Below are positions 24,306 through 36,389 of a stretch of DNA of 64,000 nt, piece by piece. A program made the position numbers and the translations under genes. Numbering within the stretch: position 1 is the first letter of the stretch; the number at the start of each line of letters is the position of its first letter. Source of the DNA: Anthoceros angustus (Eukaryota > Plantae > Anthocerotophyta); contig VJWM01000063.1 in the NCBI GenBank assembly GCA_010909165.1, forward strand, positions 1,759,595 to 1,823,594, given 5' to 3'. The notes beneath the pieces are model-generated. The model was not told where the DNA came from. It did not search any database and was given only the letters and a program-made list of their open reading frames with translations.

Positions 24306-27300
24306 AGTGAGTTTGCTCACCATTTGGACCTTTGCAATTTTTATGAGCAGCTGATTTGCAGGTCTGCTCATGTGCTCTTGTTCCAATTCGTTATGCTGGA
24401 TTTTCTCTTTACTGGCAGGTACTTGCTTGCTAACCGCTAGTTTTCCTTTGATTGTATTTAGTAATGTGTCTGTAAATGCGGTGTGTATGAGGGTTTGGTT
24501 TTCATTGCTGCTCACGTGCCATGGATCCCCCATTCCGGCCAGAAATCCATGCTAAGGAGGTCCCTTTTGGAGCTGATGAAGAGGGGACAAAGGAGCTACC
24601 CCACCAACAGTTGGCCCTGGGTCTTTACAGTAGTCTAGGACGTCTGCAGGCTTGGTGTGCTTGGGATGTTCCTGGAGTTTTCCTTGCTACTTGATTTTTT
24701 GTCTCATCATAGTCATGAGGTCTGTGGGACATGGTGTGTGTTTCTTGTTTCTTAAATAACATAATTGTGCACATTACACATTTGCTTTGGATGATGGCAT
24801 TTGTGGTGTAAGTATTCCATGACTAACCTGGATGAACTTATGTTGTGCACATACAGTGTCGTGTTTTACAGGCTTTTTGGGTGACTTCCAAAGCCGGTAG
24901 ATGCCACACCCTGGCTAGCTACTTGCTAGTCTTTGCTCTGAACTCCTGTTGATTTCATATGCAATGTATTTCATTTGCCCATCCACGATCATTTGCAGCT
25001 AATTGCCTCTGAGTCTCGAGCACCATAAAAAGTTTGAGCTAATTCCAGCGAGTCGTGCAAGTCCTCAAACGAGGCAATTGGCAAGTCATTGTGGCTTGTA
25101 TATATGCACATACACGCATGTCTTGTGGACAGTCTGGCACCTGATGAGCTTGCTGCTCTTTGGCTTAGTTTCTCACTTTTTTGATTGTTTGAGTGTAACA
25201 GGATGAGACCGTCTGGGATACAAATTTGGTAGCCTTGGGCTATTTTGGAAATTCTGATGGCATCGTGCCTTCCCCTTCTATTGAAGTAATTATTGCTTCA
25301 GTGGATAAACCTGCTTTCCACCAAACTATGATTCATCTCGATAAAGAAGGAGTTGAAGATTGCACTATCCACGATACTGCACCTCAACTGATGAATGTGC
25401 TCGCACTTGACGATTGGGTGAAGCTTGCTTGTGCTTTTGCTGAGGATCCGGCTGTTGGGATGGAGAAACTCCTCAAAGAGCATTCCTTGCTGCCTAAGTT
25501 TTTTGAATCTGACGAGCAAAAGACTGAAGAGCTTGATGGAATGGCGTGGGTGGCGTCTGCCATGATGGAATGGCATGTGGGTGGCGTCCAACTTGAGCTA
25601 TCTTGCTCCTATTAGTATGCAAACCTGGCAACTACCAGGCAATTTTTCAGACAAGGATGTGGATGCTTGCATGGAGCGTGCTCTCTCAAGCAATGTTCAG
25701 CTTGCCAATAGCATCAGGGTGGCTGCAAGGCCCCATATCACACATTTTGATATACCTTGCAAATATAATTAGACAATCGCTATGAGATCCAAAGGCATGA
25801 TGCAGATTGGCAATTTCAGGGAGAGGGGCACTCACGGACGGACTATGTGGAATTGGAATCGATGTTTGCCAAGTGCATCTACACTGATGATGGTGTTCCA
25901 AAAACATGTTCCAGGTGATGCTCCTAACTGTGATCCTGGGGTTTTGTGGTTGGACCATATGATATGGTTCATGGGTAACCATCTCAACATTTTCTTCCTA
26001 GAGGAGACGTCTCTCAGCATGCAATGGAATGCATTTCTAGTCTTTCTCTCTTTGCAGGCCAACAGAGAGTCGATCAAAGCCCAGATTTCGTTCATGTTCA
26101 TATGTGAATGGATGATTAAAGTTGGGAAGCAACTTGCTAGCTAGGGACCCAACTCAATCCCTACTGGTTGACAAGGGCAACATGGCTAGGCCGCTTTACA
26201 TTGAGAAGTTGTTGAAACTAGGCGCTTTCACTGAAGCCAGCAATCAGAAGGACCATGCACATGGCCTCCGCCCAAAACCTCGCTTCAATAGGTTAAGGGA
26301 TGTCATGGGAACCGAGCATATTCGAGTGGTCCGTCGATGTGGAAGCTCCAGGCCGCAATTTACACCATATCGTGGCGGTGGTAGGGGATTCTTCACCCCT
26401 AGCAGACCACCAAGTGCTCCGTCTCCTTAGCGCACCGGAAGCTTTGCATCTCCTTCCCTTGGCACTTATTGGCTCTGTTCCCTCTTCAGGGATCATTTCT
26501 TCTCGTGGCACCTCTCGATCTGCACTGCAAGAGACTATGTCTTCCAACAAAATTGTATCTCGATGTGATCCCGCTTTTGGAAGACGGGACTTATCTCCTA
26601 AGTGGTAGATGGAGATGTAGCTGATTGTCCGGTTCTGTTTGTTTTTTTGACCTGGACAGACTCTTTGGATGCACCTCCTAATGGAATTTCTCGCAGTGTG
26701 CAAATTGATGAACTTGGTGGTTGCTTTTTGTTCACTGCCTTTGTGCAAGTCTTTGAGATTCTTAAAAAATGTGGACACTCTTTCCAGACTGAATGGATTG
26801 ATCTTGCCAAAACTCAACTAACAGAATTGTGTTGGTTTCATATGAAAACTGCTGCCAAATGCAATAAGAGACGAAGCTGCACCAAAGACATGTCTTTGAA
26901 GAACCTTATGTCAAGGATGAAATCTCATGGTTATTATAGCACTTATATATCTCTAGCCTGGACAAAGCTGCTCACACTGCTTGCTTCATCTGCAAGAGAC
27001 ACATAAGGCAACAAGCACTGGAAAGACTGTCTAGTTTGGATTTTAAATCCCTAACTCTTTCTCCTCAGTCTTGCTTGGAGCAGATCCAGCGTGAGATTTC
27101 TCTTCTCCTTCCGAAGTTAGAGAATGATACGGAGGTTGGCTTATCATTCCTGATGGGCACTTTCAAGCAACACAAGTTGAAATACGATGGCTCACCAATA
27201 CTCACAACTTCTGCTTCTCTATTGTAGCTGATCTATTGACCATGGCCATTAAAGCTTTGTTCCTCGTGCTGAAAGAATGGGCAGCAATCATGCAAGACAC

Positions 27301-27489
27301 CTACTACAGATTCTTTAAGGTAACAAACCTCCTTGTATTGGATCACGGAGTCCACTTTGGATATGGCTTTAAACCTGCCAAACAAGCTGCATGATCTATT
27401 TGTGGCAGATATTGCACGCTGCTATGAGGCTATCCCGACTAGCAGTGACGATGCACTCAACACTGCTATTTTGGCAAACATTGGCTTGG

Positions 27490-27501
27490 CTTTTAAGCAA
27501 G
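27490..27501 (+). repeat. Left copy of 12-bp target-site duplication CTTTTAAGCAAG (right copy 31300-31311)
   Basis: An identical 12-mer flanks the CRE element on both sides. Confidence 0.9.
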
Positions 27502-30500
27502 GACACCCCTTGCCCGGTCTGCTCTTAGCTTTGCTCTGGGGTCAAGGGGGTGAAATATCACATCGGGCACAAGCACAAGGATTTCGACAAGACTACTTGG
27601 GAGGCGCAAGTGCGGCTTGCATCTTCCTCTGGCGTAGTGGCTCACCCAATCCCTCTTCCGCCAGCCTCCCTTGGGCCGCCGTGAGAGTCTTGGGAGTGGC
27701 TTCGGAGGCAGTCCAACTACCTGCTGGCATTGTTTCACACTCGTTTCCCAAGCCCCCTTTTTCGGCAGCTCGCGAGGTGTCTTCACGATGATGTTCGCCT
27801 TGCATACCGCCTTCTATTGGTTCGCCTTGCGTGGGACCCCAGGGATGAGGAGGCTTGGACTCTTTTCCTTTTCCTTCCTAGGTGGTGTCTTCGCCGCTCT
27901 AGGGGCGGTCCTTCAGGCCATAGGGAGGTGGCTTCCCACCTCCGCCGCTTTCGGGCGGGGAATTGGGAGGCTCTACAGGAGGAGGATCTTTTGGCAGCAA
28001 GATTTAGGTTAGGGTCAGCCAAGGTCGACAAGGTTTGTTCGGACCCTAGTAAGGCACATCTCCGAAGGTGTCATATGTTGGGTCGGAATGGTGAGTACGC
28101 GCGGGCCGCTAGGCCTCTCCGCCCGGAGCCGGTGGCGCCGGATTTCGAGGACATCATCGCTGCGCTCCGTGCCCTTCATCCGGCCCCCAGTGATAGCATT
28201 CCACATAATATCTTCGACTTCGTGCCCGAGGAGCTTTTTCATCTAGACAAGGCGGTCTTTGGTCGGGCCCTCTCCACTGCCCCTCGTCTCTCCTCGGGTG
28301 GCCTGTCAGAGACAATTTATGACCACCTTCAAGATTATTTCTCCCCAGAGGATCCATCTAGTGATTTTTCAGAGCTTTTCATTCTGGCGGCGGCTATGGC
28401 CAAAGGCAAGGCCCCTCGCAGGATCTCCCAGGTCTTGGGGGCTTGCAGGTTATTAACTTTGGAGAAACCTACGTTGGGGGTGCGCCCTATTGTTGTCAGG
28501 GAGGTGTTCCTGCACCTTATCGACCGCAACATTGCGATTCGATCAACTTCGAGAGCACTTCGGGGAGCACCTTTGCCCCCACCAATTTGGGATTGCCACT
28601 CCAAGGGGTTGCGAGTCTGCGGCCTTTGGTATCCAGGCGATCCTCGAGTCTCAGCCACATTGGGTTGCCCAACAGATAGATGTTGAGAATGCCTTCAATA
28701 CAATGTCTAAGGCCATCATTTTCTCAGAACTCAGGGACGCAGGTGGGCACCTAGCGAGCCTCATTCCATTTGTTCGCTCCTTCTACGGTTCTTTGTCCAA
28801 TCTATACTATCAACATGGTCCAGCTACGGAAGGCGTTTCGGTTCTCCACTCGGCGATGGGCACAAGGCAAGGGGATCTATTGGGAGGCGCCCTCTTCGCC
28901 ATGGTGCATTTCAGGGCGCTGTCCTCCACAGCCTCTGCAGTCCGGGAGTGCCTTTTCCCATCCGTGACTGACGATACCCATATCCTTGGGCTAGGGGACA
29001 AGGTGAGGGCTGTCTTTGACCTCTTCTCCTTGGATCTCTCCCGTATGGGATTAAGGGTCAAGATTGATAAGGGCAAGGTGTGGTCCCCTTCCGGCAATAC
29101 ACCCCCTCTTCATTATCCAGGGGGGGATATTATTTCTCCGCAAGGGCTTCGGGTCCTCGGAGTTCCGCTGGGTCCCCCTGATTTTATTCAAGGATTTGTG
29201 GACGTGGCTCTGGAAGAAGAAGTGGCTCACATTGGGGACCTTTCACAAATTGGGGACCCTTAGGTTGCGTTTGGTATTTTGTCTTCCTACTTCGCGCGTC
29301 GACCTGGATATCTTACCAGGACGGTTGCTCCACCCCTGGCGTTTTTATCAAGCTTTGAGACATTTTGATATGCAGGTTATGCAAGCGCTTGGGGACATTA
29401 TAGGCCTCAGCACCTTCGAATGCGCCGATGGTGACTTGGCGCGGAAACAGGCATCATTGCTAGTGGCCTTTGCAGGCACTGGCTTCCTGGCCATGGAGGC
29501 CTCGGCCCCGGCAGCCTTCCTCGGGAGTTGGGCCCTCTCTGCCCCAATTTTGGCCTCTCGGTTCTTAATGCAGGACTCTCCTCTTCTAGAAGCCTTCGTC
29601 TCGAGTGTTGAGGAGGGGCCTCCCTGTGTCTCTCTCTTAGGGCTAGGGACAAGGTGAGGCCGCTTTGACCTCTTCTCGGATCTCTCCGTATGGGATTAAG
29701 GGTCAAGATTGATAAGGGCAAGGTGGTCCCTTCCGCAATACACCCTCTTCATTATCCGTGGGGATATTATTTCTCCGCAAGGGCTTCGGTCCTGAGTTCA
29801 CTGGGTCCCCGATTTATTCAAGGATTTGTGGACGTGGCTCGGAAGAAGAAGTGGCTCACATTGGGGACCTTTCACAAATTGGGGACCCTTAGGTTGCTTT
29901 TGGTATTTTGTCTTCCTACTGGCCGACTGGATATCTTACCGTGATTGCTCCACCGGCGCTTTTATCAAGCTTTGAGACATTTTGATATGCAGGTTATGCA
30001 AGCGCTTGGGGACATTATAGGCCTCAAGACCTTCGAATGCGCCGATGGTGACTTACGGAACAGCATCATCAGCTAGTGGCCTTGCAGCACCGGCTTCCCG
30101 GCCATGGAGGCCTCGGCCCGGCAGCCTGGAGTTGGGCCCTCCGCCCAATTTTGGCCTCTCGGTTCTTAATGCGTGACTCTCCTCTCTAGAAGCCTGCCTC
30201 GAGTGTGTTGAGGAGGGGCCTCCCTGGTGTCTCTCAGTGTGCTAGGGACTCCCTTTCCTTAGAGGCTAGGGAAGCCATGCCTCCTTTTTCTTCTTTCTCC
30301 AGGGAAAGGATGCTTGGCCTTCAAGCCTCTCTCCAGGAGAAGCAATATTTACAGGCGCAAAGAGCCCTCCTTGTGGACTCCTCCATTCCCAGGTCTTCGC
30401 AAGCCCACCTGCGTTCCTATTCGGGGAAGGGGGCAGCTCCTAGCTTCTGGCTCGGCCTTGCATTTTGGCATTCCGAATCGCACTAGCGCCCTTTTCGACC

Positions 30501-31299
30501 GCGATGAGGGTCTGCCTCGGTTTGGCTCATCCTGTGGCCTCTTCTCTTTCCACATGCAGTTGTGGAGCTGCCATCGACGATTCCGGGCCCCATTTGGCCC
30601 GTTGTGCCATGGGGGGGCAATGTACTGCTACGCATGACGCCGTTCGCGATGTCATGTTTTCGATAACAAAGGAGGAGCGGATTTTTTCCGTACAGCGAGC
30701 GCCCATATACATTGCGTAATGGCATGTCACTTAGGGCGGACCTTTTTTATACTAGAGGGGAGCAAATTTACATCGCTGATGTGGTTGTTACAGATCCTGC
30801 TAGAGCCTCTATATGCGAGCACGTCATCATCCACCCCCTGGGCTGGGCGGCAGAAGGATGCGCAACCAACAAGACTCACAAGTACTCTCATATGCAAGAC
30901 GGCCATGTTTTCTTCCCTCTCGCCCTCGAGACTCATGGGGCTATGGGCAAGGACTTCTCTAGGTTAATTAAGGAGTGCAAAGCCTGCCTCGAGTGTTGAG
31001 GAGGGGCCTCCTTCCTATGTGGTGGCTTCTTCGCCGGTTTCCATAGCTCGCAAAGCGCTAACGCTGTTTATAGGACTTGCCACGTGCAAGACTAGCGGCT
31101 TCTTCGGCACCGGTGATAGGTGGGCCCTTCATCATCCCTGATCATGATATCATTGGTGCAGTAGGTAGTTACGAGAAAGGTATTTGAGGAGACTAAGACT
31201 TCCCCTTTTACTATTAGCCCTTTTTGGGTTGTTCCTCCTCAGACTTCAGGGGTAGATGGGATTTCCCATCTCGCCTATTAATAACGTCTACTCTACTCT
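27502..31299 (+). mobile_element. CRE-clade non-LTR retrotransposon (C2H2 finger + RT + CCHC + restriction-like endonuclease), 5'-truncated and frameshifted
   Basis: CPVC..LC..VKGVKYHIGHKH finger; RT motifs GVRPIVVRE, QFGI, IDVENAFNTM, GTRQGDLLGGALF, VTDDT; CSCG...HLARC; RADL...IADVVVTDP...KTHKY...FFPLALETHGAMG; a short CTACT-type tail; 12-bp TSD. Confidence 0.9.
28990..30250. repeat. Internal tandem duplication within the CRE RT region (28990-29641 / 29642-30240)
   Basis: The second copy has many small deletions. GCTAGGG(G)AC occurs at 28990, 29642 and 30241. Confidence 0.9.
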
Positions 31300-32187
31300 C
31301 TTTTAAGCAAGTGAACAAGGGCCACACATCCCAGCAACAGCTACTTCTGCATGTCTGTTTTGACCACAGCTCTTCTCAATTCACGTAGACCTCTTGGGCA
31401 AGTAAGCCTCCAAGAGGCTCCAACTCTACCTACTTGTCTTTTACATAGGAGCGCTTGGGTGCTATCCACTGCTAGCTTATGCATCACTGCTTTGTCCAAT
31501 TTGGTAGTAGTGTTTAGCTGCAGCATCTTGGTATACCTATGGGGTTCTTTTGCTCCCCCAGTGGTGCAATTTATATTTTTTTCATTGTGAAGCACAGTTC
31601 TTTCGCAGATTGGCTTAGCTTGGAAGACCTGACCTCATGGCCTTTTTCGAACATGCTCGGAGATATACAGTCGACCTGTGTTGGTTTAACACAAGGATCC
31701 CTAATCAATTCTAGGACCCGGATACACCGAGGACCCCAAATTCGCCATTCTGGATTTATTCCTTGGATGTGGTGGCTATTGAACCCGAGATCCAAAAGTT
31801 TTGGGGAAGATTTGGAAGGTAACAAGATTGGCATTGCTGCTCACTTCTTATCTTTTCAGTTCAATATCACAGACCCTATGAGTGGACTGTTTTCTTTCAC
31901 CAAGTTTGATAAAAGAAGGGCACTCCCCTTCAAGTGTGCTCAGTTCATTCACTTGGAGTCGAACAGAGCTGAGCTCCTCCTTCCCTCACGCGCCTAGCCC
32001 CTCTGGCACGCCGCTGTCTCCTCGCTCCAATCCTTTGAGAGCACATGTGGAGCAGGGCTATCTCTCCCCTACTTCATAGTGTTCTTTCGGCAACTGGTGT
32101 CCATTGCCCTCCAAAAAGGTATTTGTAGAAGCTATCTTATGGACAATAGCGACATTTGTAAAAGATGTTTTCTCGACTAGTCTCGGT

Positions 32188-32345
32188 AATATGTAGACCA
32201 TTCAATCTCCCTAGTTATGATATTATAAGCCTTGTTGGTGACCTTAATATGTAGATCATTCAATTTCCCTAGTTATGATATTATAGACATTGTCGGTAAT
32301 ATTAATATGTAGACCATTCAATTTCCCTAATTATGACATTATAGG
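32188..32345. repeat. 58-bp tandem repeat, about 3 copies
   Basis: AATATGTAGA(C/T)CATTCAAT(C/T)TCCCTA(G/A)TTATGA at 32188, 32246 and 32304. Confidence 0.85.
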
Positions 32346-32955
32346 GGGTTGTACGTGACTTTAGACATAAAAACCTATTTGCTCTTTTTACCGTAACCCT
32401 AGGATCTCCTTTGACGTCCTTTAGTAGATTGGGGTTCACCCATCTCTCTCCTTAATAAAATCGTACGATGTACGATGAGTTTGTGGAAGAGGGGAAAGGT
32501 TGTATTCACACGTGAGCAGATGGTGATCCGTTAGCACGTCCCGACTAGAGGACGTTACGATAACGAATACATAAAGGGGGGAGGGTTGAGGAAAGAATCC
32601 GTTTCGAACGGCAGATGGCGTGACCGAGGTAAATAGGGTTGGTTGGCGCACTGTCGGTCGGTCGGTCTTTGGTTTTCGTTGCGATCGCATCGGCTGGCCA
32701 TCGAGCGCTGCTTCCCTTCCCAGATCTGATTTTCCGTTGCCGTTGCCGTCTAATCCCATGCGCGTGATCGAGGCAGAGTGTGGCGATTTGCCGGCTGCCG
32801 CATTCTCCTTGCGCTGCAGGCTGTGGATCTGGTTGCACCAGGAGCGGGGCTGGGAGATGAAGATGCGAGACAGGCAGAGCGCGGATCAGATGTTGTGGTG
32901 AGGGAGCAGGAGGCGGAGAGGTAGATGCCGCAGGAGCCGGCCTGAGCCCTGAGAT

Positions 32956-33879
32956 ATGGGGGTTTTGCCGAATCTGATCTACTTTGCAGGAGTGGCAAGG
33001 GGGAGCGTGCTGCTGGCGGAGTACAGCGATGGAGAGCCGGAACTGGCGCAGGTGTGCGTGCAGCAGCTGGAAAGAGTGGCAGGAAATCACAGCCGGTACA
33101 ATTACACCAGCAGGGGTCGGATGATCAGCTGCCTCATGCACCACGGCTTCAGCTTCTGCGGAGTGATTGATGAGGCCCTGGGGACGCAGGATGCCTTCAA
33201 GTTTCTGGGTGAGGTCAGGGACGCGTTCTGGAAGTTTCTGAGCTGGCGGGGGCTGCCGCAGGACGGGGCCGGCCTGGCGGCCTTGAGTCTGGACGTGGAT
33301 TTCGGGCCTATTCTGAAGCGGCTGGCGGCGCCTTACGTCGGCATTCCGCAGCAGCAGAGTGCGGGGCAGGAGGAGGAGGAGTTTCCGGCGGGGGAGAACG
33401 GGGAAGCGGGGGGCCGGGCTGATGCTCTTCCGCCGTTTAGTAGCGATTTGAATGCGTCGCAGGAGTCGGTTGCGCTAAATGTTGCAGCTCATAGGAAGGA
33501 GAAGGACGGGGGAGAGAGGAAATTATCTGCGTGCTCGCCGCTGGGAGGAGGCAAGGGAAAGAAGCAGGAGAAGAGGAAGGCGAAGGATCTTGTGACGCAG
33601 AGTAAGGAGATCGTGATGGAGAGCAGTGGGAGGCTGGCACCGGGTAAGGGTGATTCGGTGGAGGTGGTGGTGGCAGGGCCTTCCAGATCGGGTGAATTGA
33701 GTCTGCGGATGAATGGCCATGTGGATTCCCGGGTGAAGGGCCACCAATTAGCACAGCGGACGTGGTGGAGCAACGTCAAGTTTGTGCTGTTTCTGGATGT
33801 GATAGTGTGTGTTATACTGTTTGCAGTGTGGCTTGGGATCTGCAGAGGTTTCCAATGCTTGTCCAGGAGGAATGGATGA
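32956..33879 (+). CDS. Phytolongin (longin domain + C-terminal TM), paralogue A, intronless
   Basis: 307-aa ORF: longin fold start LIYFAGVARGSVLLAEY, a low-complexity linker, and WWSNVKFVLFLDVIVCVILFAVWLGICRGFQCL. Confidence 0.88.
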   Translation: MGVLPNLIYFAGVARGSVLLAEYSDGEPELAQVCVQQLERVAGNHSRYNYTSRGRMISCLMHHGFSFCGVIDEALGTQDAFKFLGEVRDAFWKFLSWRGLPQDGAGLAALSLDVDFGPILKRLAAPYVGIPQQQSAGQEEEEFPAGENGEAGGRADALPPFSSDLNASQESVALNVAAHRKEKDGGERKLSACSPLGGGKGKKQEKRKAKDLVTQSKEIVMESSGRLAPGKGDSVEVVVAGPSRSGELSLRMNGHVDSRVKGHQLAQRTWWSNVKFVLFLDVIVCVILFAVWLGICRGFQCLSRRNG

Positions 33880-35504
33880 CAATGCAGGTATTGGAGGTTG
33901 TAGAGGATTTAATTTCGGGGTTGCACAATACATTTATTTACTACTGTGGTGATGAACCAAGAAGCGCTGGAGCTTGGCAGGAGACACGTGTCGGTGCAAG
34001 CTGTGGGAGCCTGCTCTTGTCCGGGTTCAGCTGGTTGGTAGCCAGCCTAGTTCATGACAGCCGCCAAGGTGTTGGTGATCAGTGTCTCGTTTTCAGCGAC
34101 ACTTGTGAGGCCAGGGGGCTGCTTCAATCCGACATCATGACCGCACATTTTTCAAGCAACCTGGGCGAAGCTTAAGGAAATCCAGTTTCAGGATTTCCAT
34201 CTTGAACAGACCCGTGTACAGTCTCTGAAAGTTTTCCTCTTGACTCCCATCCAAGTGACAAGACATGGGTAGCATCTCCACTGGAGCTGCATGTGGGAGG
34301 AATTCACGCATCGGGAGTCTACAGGAAACTACATTATTTGTGTGGCACTGTTCCACCGCCAATGCAGGGGGCGAACGTGTGTTGTGAAGTTGGTTTTTCA
34401 GTTCGGGAGCTTTAGAACTCCAGTTTGGTTAAATCAGAGCTAGCTATTGCCGTTCTTTTCTACAGCGCTGGTGAAAGAAGTGATGAAATGATGTTAACTC
34501 ATATACCTATTCGAGACTTGGGTTGTAAGTAAACCTTGGGAACTGCCATCTTCGGAAGTGGATTCGTTTGACTCTCTCCTGCTGCTTTCAGCACAGGTGC
34601 TGCCAGCTCGAACCTGCACAGTGCGGTTTTTATGTACGATCCAGTCTGCGCTAAATCTGCAAGTTATCTGTAGACCGAGTGGCTGCCCTAGACCCCGAAC
34701 TTTCGTGGATCTTACGTTGACACCGCTGTATCTGTGGTTGGAAGAGTAAAGTACGCGGACGACCCGGCTAGGCAAGGCATAGGCAACCCTGGTTTGCATT
34801 GTGACGCAGTCAAAGCGAAGTTTCCGCATCCAACGGGGACAAGAACCCGAGTGGAAGGTCAGGTACTGCAAGTGCCGCCGCCGATCACATGTGCCATCCA
34901 TGTGGTTCTCATCCAATTCAGGAAGCGAGGATGAACACAAACGACGAGAGGGCGACGAAATCGTTAGACTGGAAAAACAATTGTAGTCCAAGTCTCGCAT
35001 ACTCATGTATCATGGTGTAGTATGCCAGAATGTGTGGTACAAAACCTGGATCAATAAATGGCTGTTGTTACAAACGAAGACTACGAAGACTGTTGCAACT
35101 GAGGTCCCATAGCTGTGGGCATCAAGAGAAGGTGGACAGTTTCGTCAGGCAAACATCGCATAGCATTGCATGGAGCACAGTCTTCTTCCCGCCCTGGATA
35201 TTTACATGAGTGATCTTGGTGTGTCAAGTCACACACATCTCTGACCACTTCTTCTCCGCGGCTGGGCTCATCAGTAAACGTGTTCTTGTCTAAAAGAGGG
35301 CGAGGTACATTCATCCACCCATTGTGTGCAGCACTGCATGAACACCGATACCTCTCCTTTTCCTTCACTTCCACCGGCACCAGGTGATGCTCAGGGCAAG
35401 AAAGTCATCACCCATCCCGCCCCTGCAGAGATGCACCACTTCCTATCCCCCGCTGCCCTGTACATCCATCCCCAACCCCGGAGGGATTCATTCATGCAGG
35501 ATTA

Positions 35505-36389
35505 TCACCTGCCTCGCAGGCACTTGAACCCTCCGCAGATCCCAAGCCAGATGAAAAACAGAACCAAACACACAACCACATCCAGCAGCAGCACCAGCTT
35601 CACATTCCGCCACCACGTCCTCTGCGCGGGGGTTTGGATCCCTTTAGTCCTCCCCGCGCCGTGGTGGCCATTCATCTGATACTCCCCGGCCGCGGAAGAC
35701 CCGCCCCCGGCCACCAGGATCTCCAGCCTCTCCCCCTTGTCCAGAAGCTGGCCGGCGTTCCCCATCATGATCTCCTTCACCTCGCTCACCTGGTCCTTCA
35801 CCTTCCGCTTCTCCGACTTGGAACCCTTGCCCCGCATCGGCGCAAAGGGACACCCGGATCTGCCCCCCCGCCCCCCGATCTCCTGCCCCTGCGCCTGCGA
35901 CGAGCCTTCCTCCTCCGGCGGCGATGCCCCGACCAGCGGCTCCTCCTCCCCGCCCGCCTCCCGCTGCATGCACGCCGCCCGGTCCAGCTCCTCCTGCGGG
36001 ATCCCGACGAACGGCGCCGCCAGGCGCCGCAGCACCGGCACGAACTCCGCGTCCAGGCTGTGCGCTCCCAAACCCTCGCCGTCCCCTGGCAGCCCCCGCC
36101 GCTTGAGCAGTTTCCGCAGCGCGTCCCGCACCTCCTCCAGGAACCGGAACGCGTCCGCCTTGCTCAGCGCCTCGTCCCCTATTGCACTGAAGATGAAGCC
36201 GTCCTCCATCAGGCAGCTGAACATCCGCCCGTTCACCGTGAGCGAGTACCGGCTATGATTCGTCGTCGCCTTCTCCAGCTGCTGCGCGCAGTCCCCCGCC
36301 AGGTCCGTCTCCCCGTCCACATACTCCGCCAGCACCACGCTCCCCCTCGCCACCCCCGCCAGGTATATCAGGTTCGGCAGCGGCCCCAT
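35505..36389 (-). CDS. Phytolongin paralogue B with a residual half R-SNARE motif, intronless
   Basis: MGPLPNLIYLAGVARGSVVLAEY..., KVKDQVSEVKEIMMGNAGQLLDKGERLEILV, WWRNVKLVLLLDVVVCLVLFFIWLGICGGFKCL. Clearly homologous to paralogue A. Confidence 0.88.
   Translation of the reverse strand: MGPLPNLIYLAGVARGSVVLAEYVDGETDLAGDCAQQLEKATTNHSRYSLTVNGRMFSCLMEDGFIFSAIGDEALSKADAFRFLEEVRDALRKLLKRRGLPGDGEGLGAHSLDAEFVPVLRRLAAPFVGIPQEELDRAACMQREAGGEEEPLVGASPPEEEGSSQAQGQEIGGRGGRSGCPFAPMRGKGSKSEKRKVKDQVSEVKEIMMGNAGQLLDKGERLEILVAGGGSSAAGEYQMNGHHGAGRTKGIQTPAQRTWWRNVKLVLLLDVVVCLVLFFIWLGICGGFKCLRGR

Larger units (their letters stand above)
26800..31980 (+). mobile_element. Degenerate Penelope-like element (PLE) reverse transcriptase, split by a CRE insertion (halves ~26800-27501 and 31300-31980)
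   Basis: Left half: LYISSLDKAAHTACFICK, FLMGTFKQHKLKY, YWITES...DLFVADIARCYEAIP. Right half: CFVQFG..V..QHLGIPMGFFCSP, a degenerate RYxDD (RRYTVDLCWFN), FL...FTKFDKRRALPF...HLESNR. Motif order matches PLE RTs. Stops and frameshifts are present. Confidence 0.8.

Noticed and set aside
24540-25170. CTGATGA motifs as hammerhead ribozyme cores near the PLE
   Set aside because: No downstream stem II plus GAAA and no stem I/III pairing could be built.
34494-35006. 170-aa ORF between the phytolongins
   Set aside because: It has no recognisable motif and lies in probable 3' UTR sequence.
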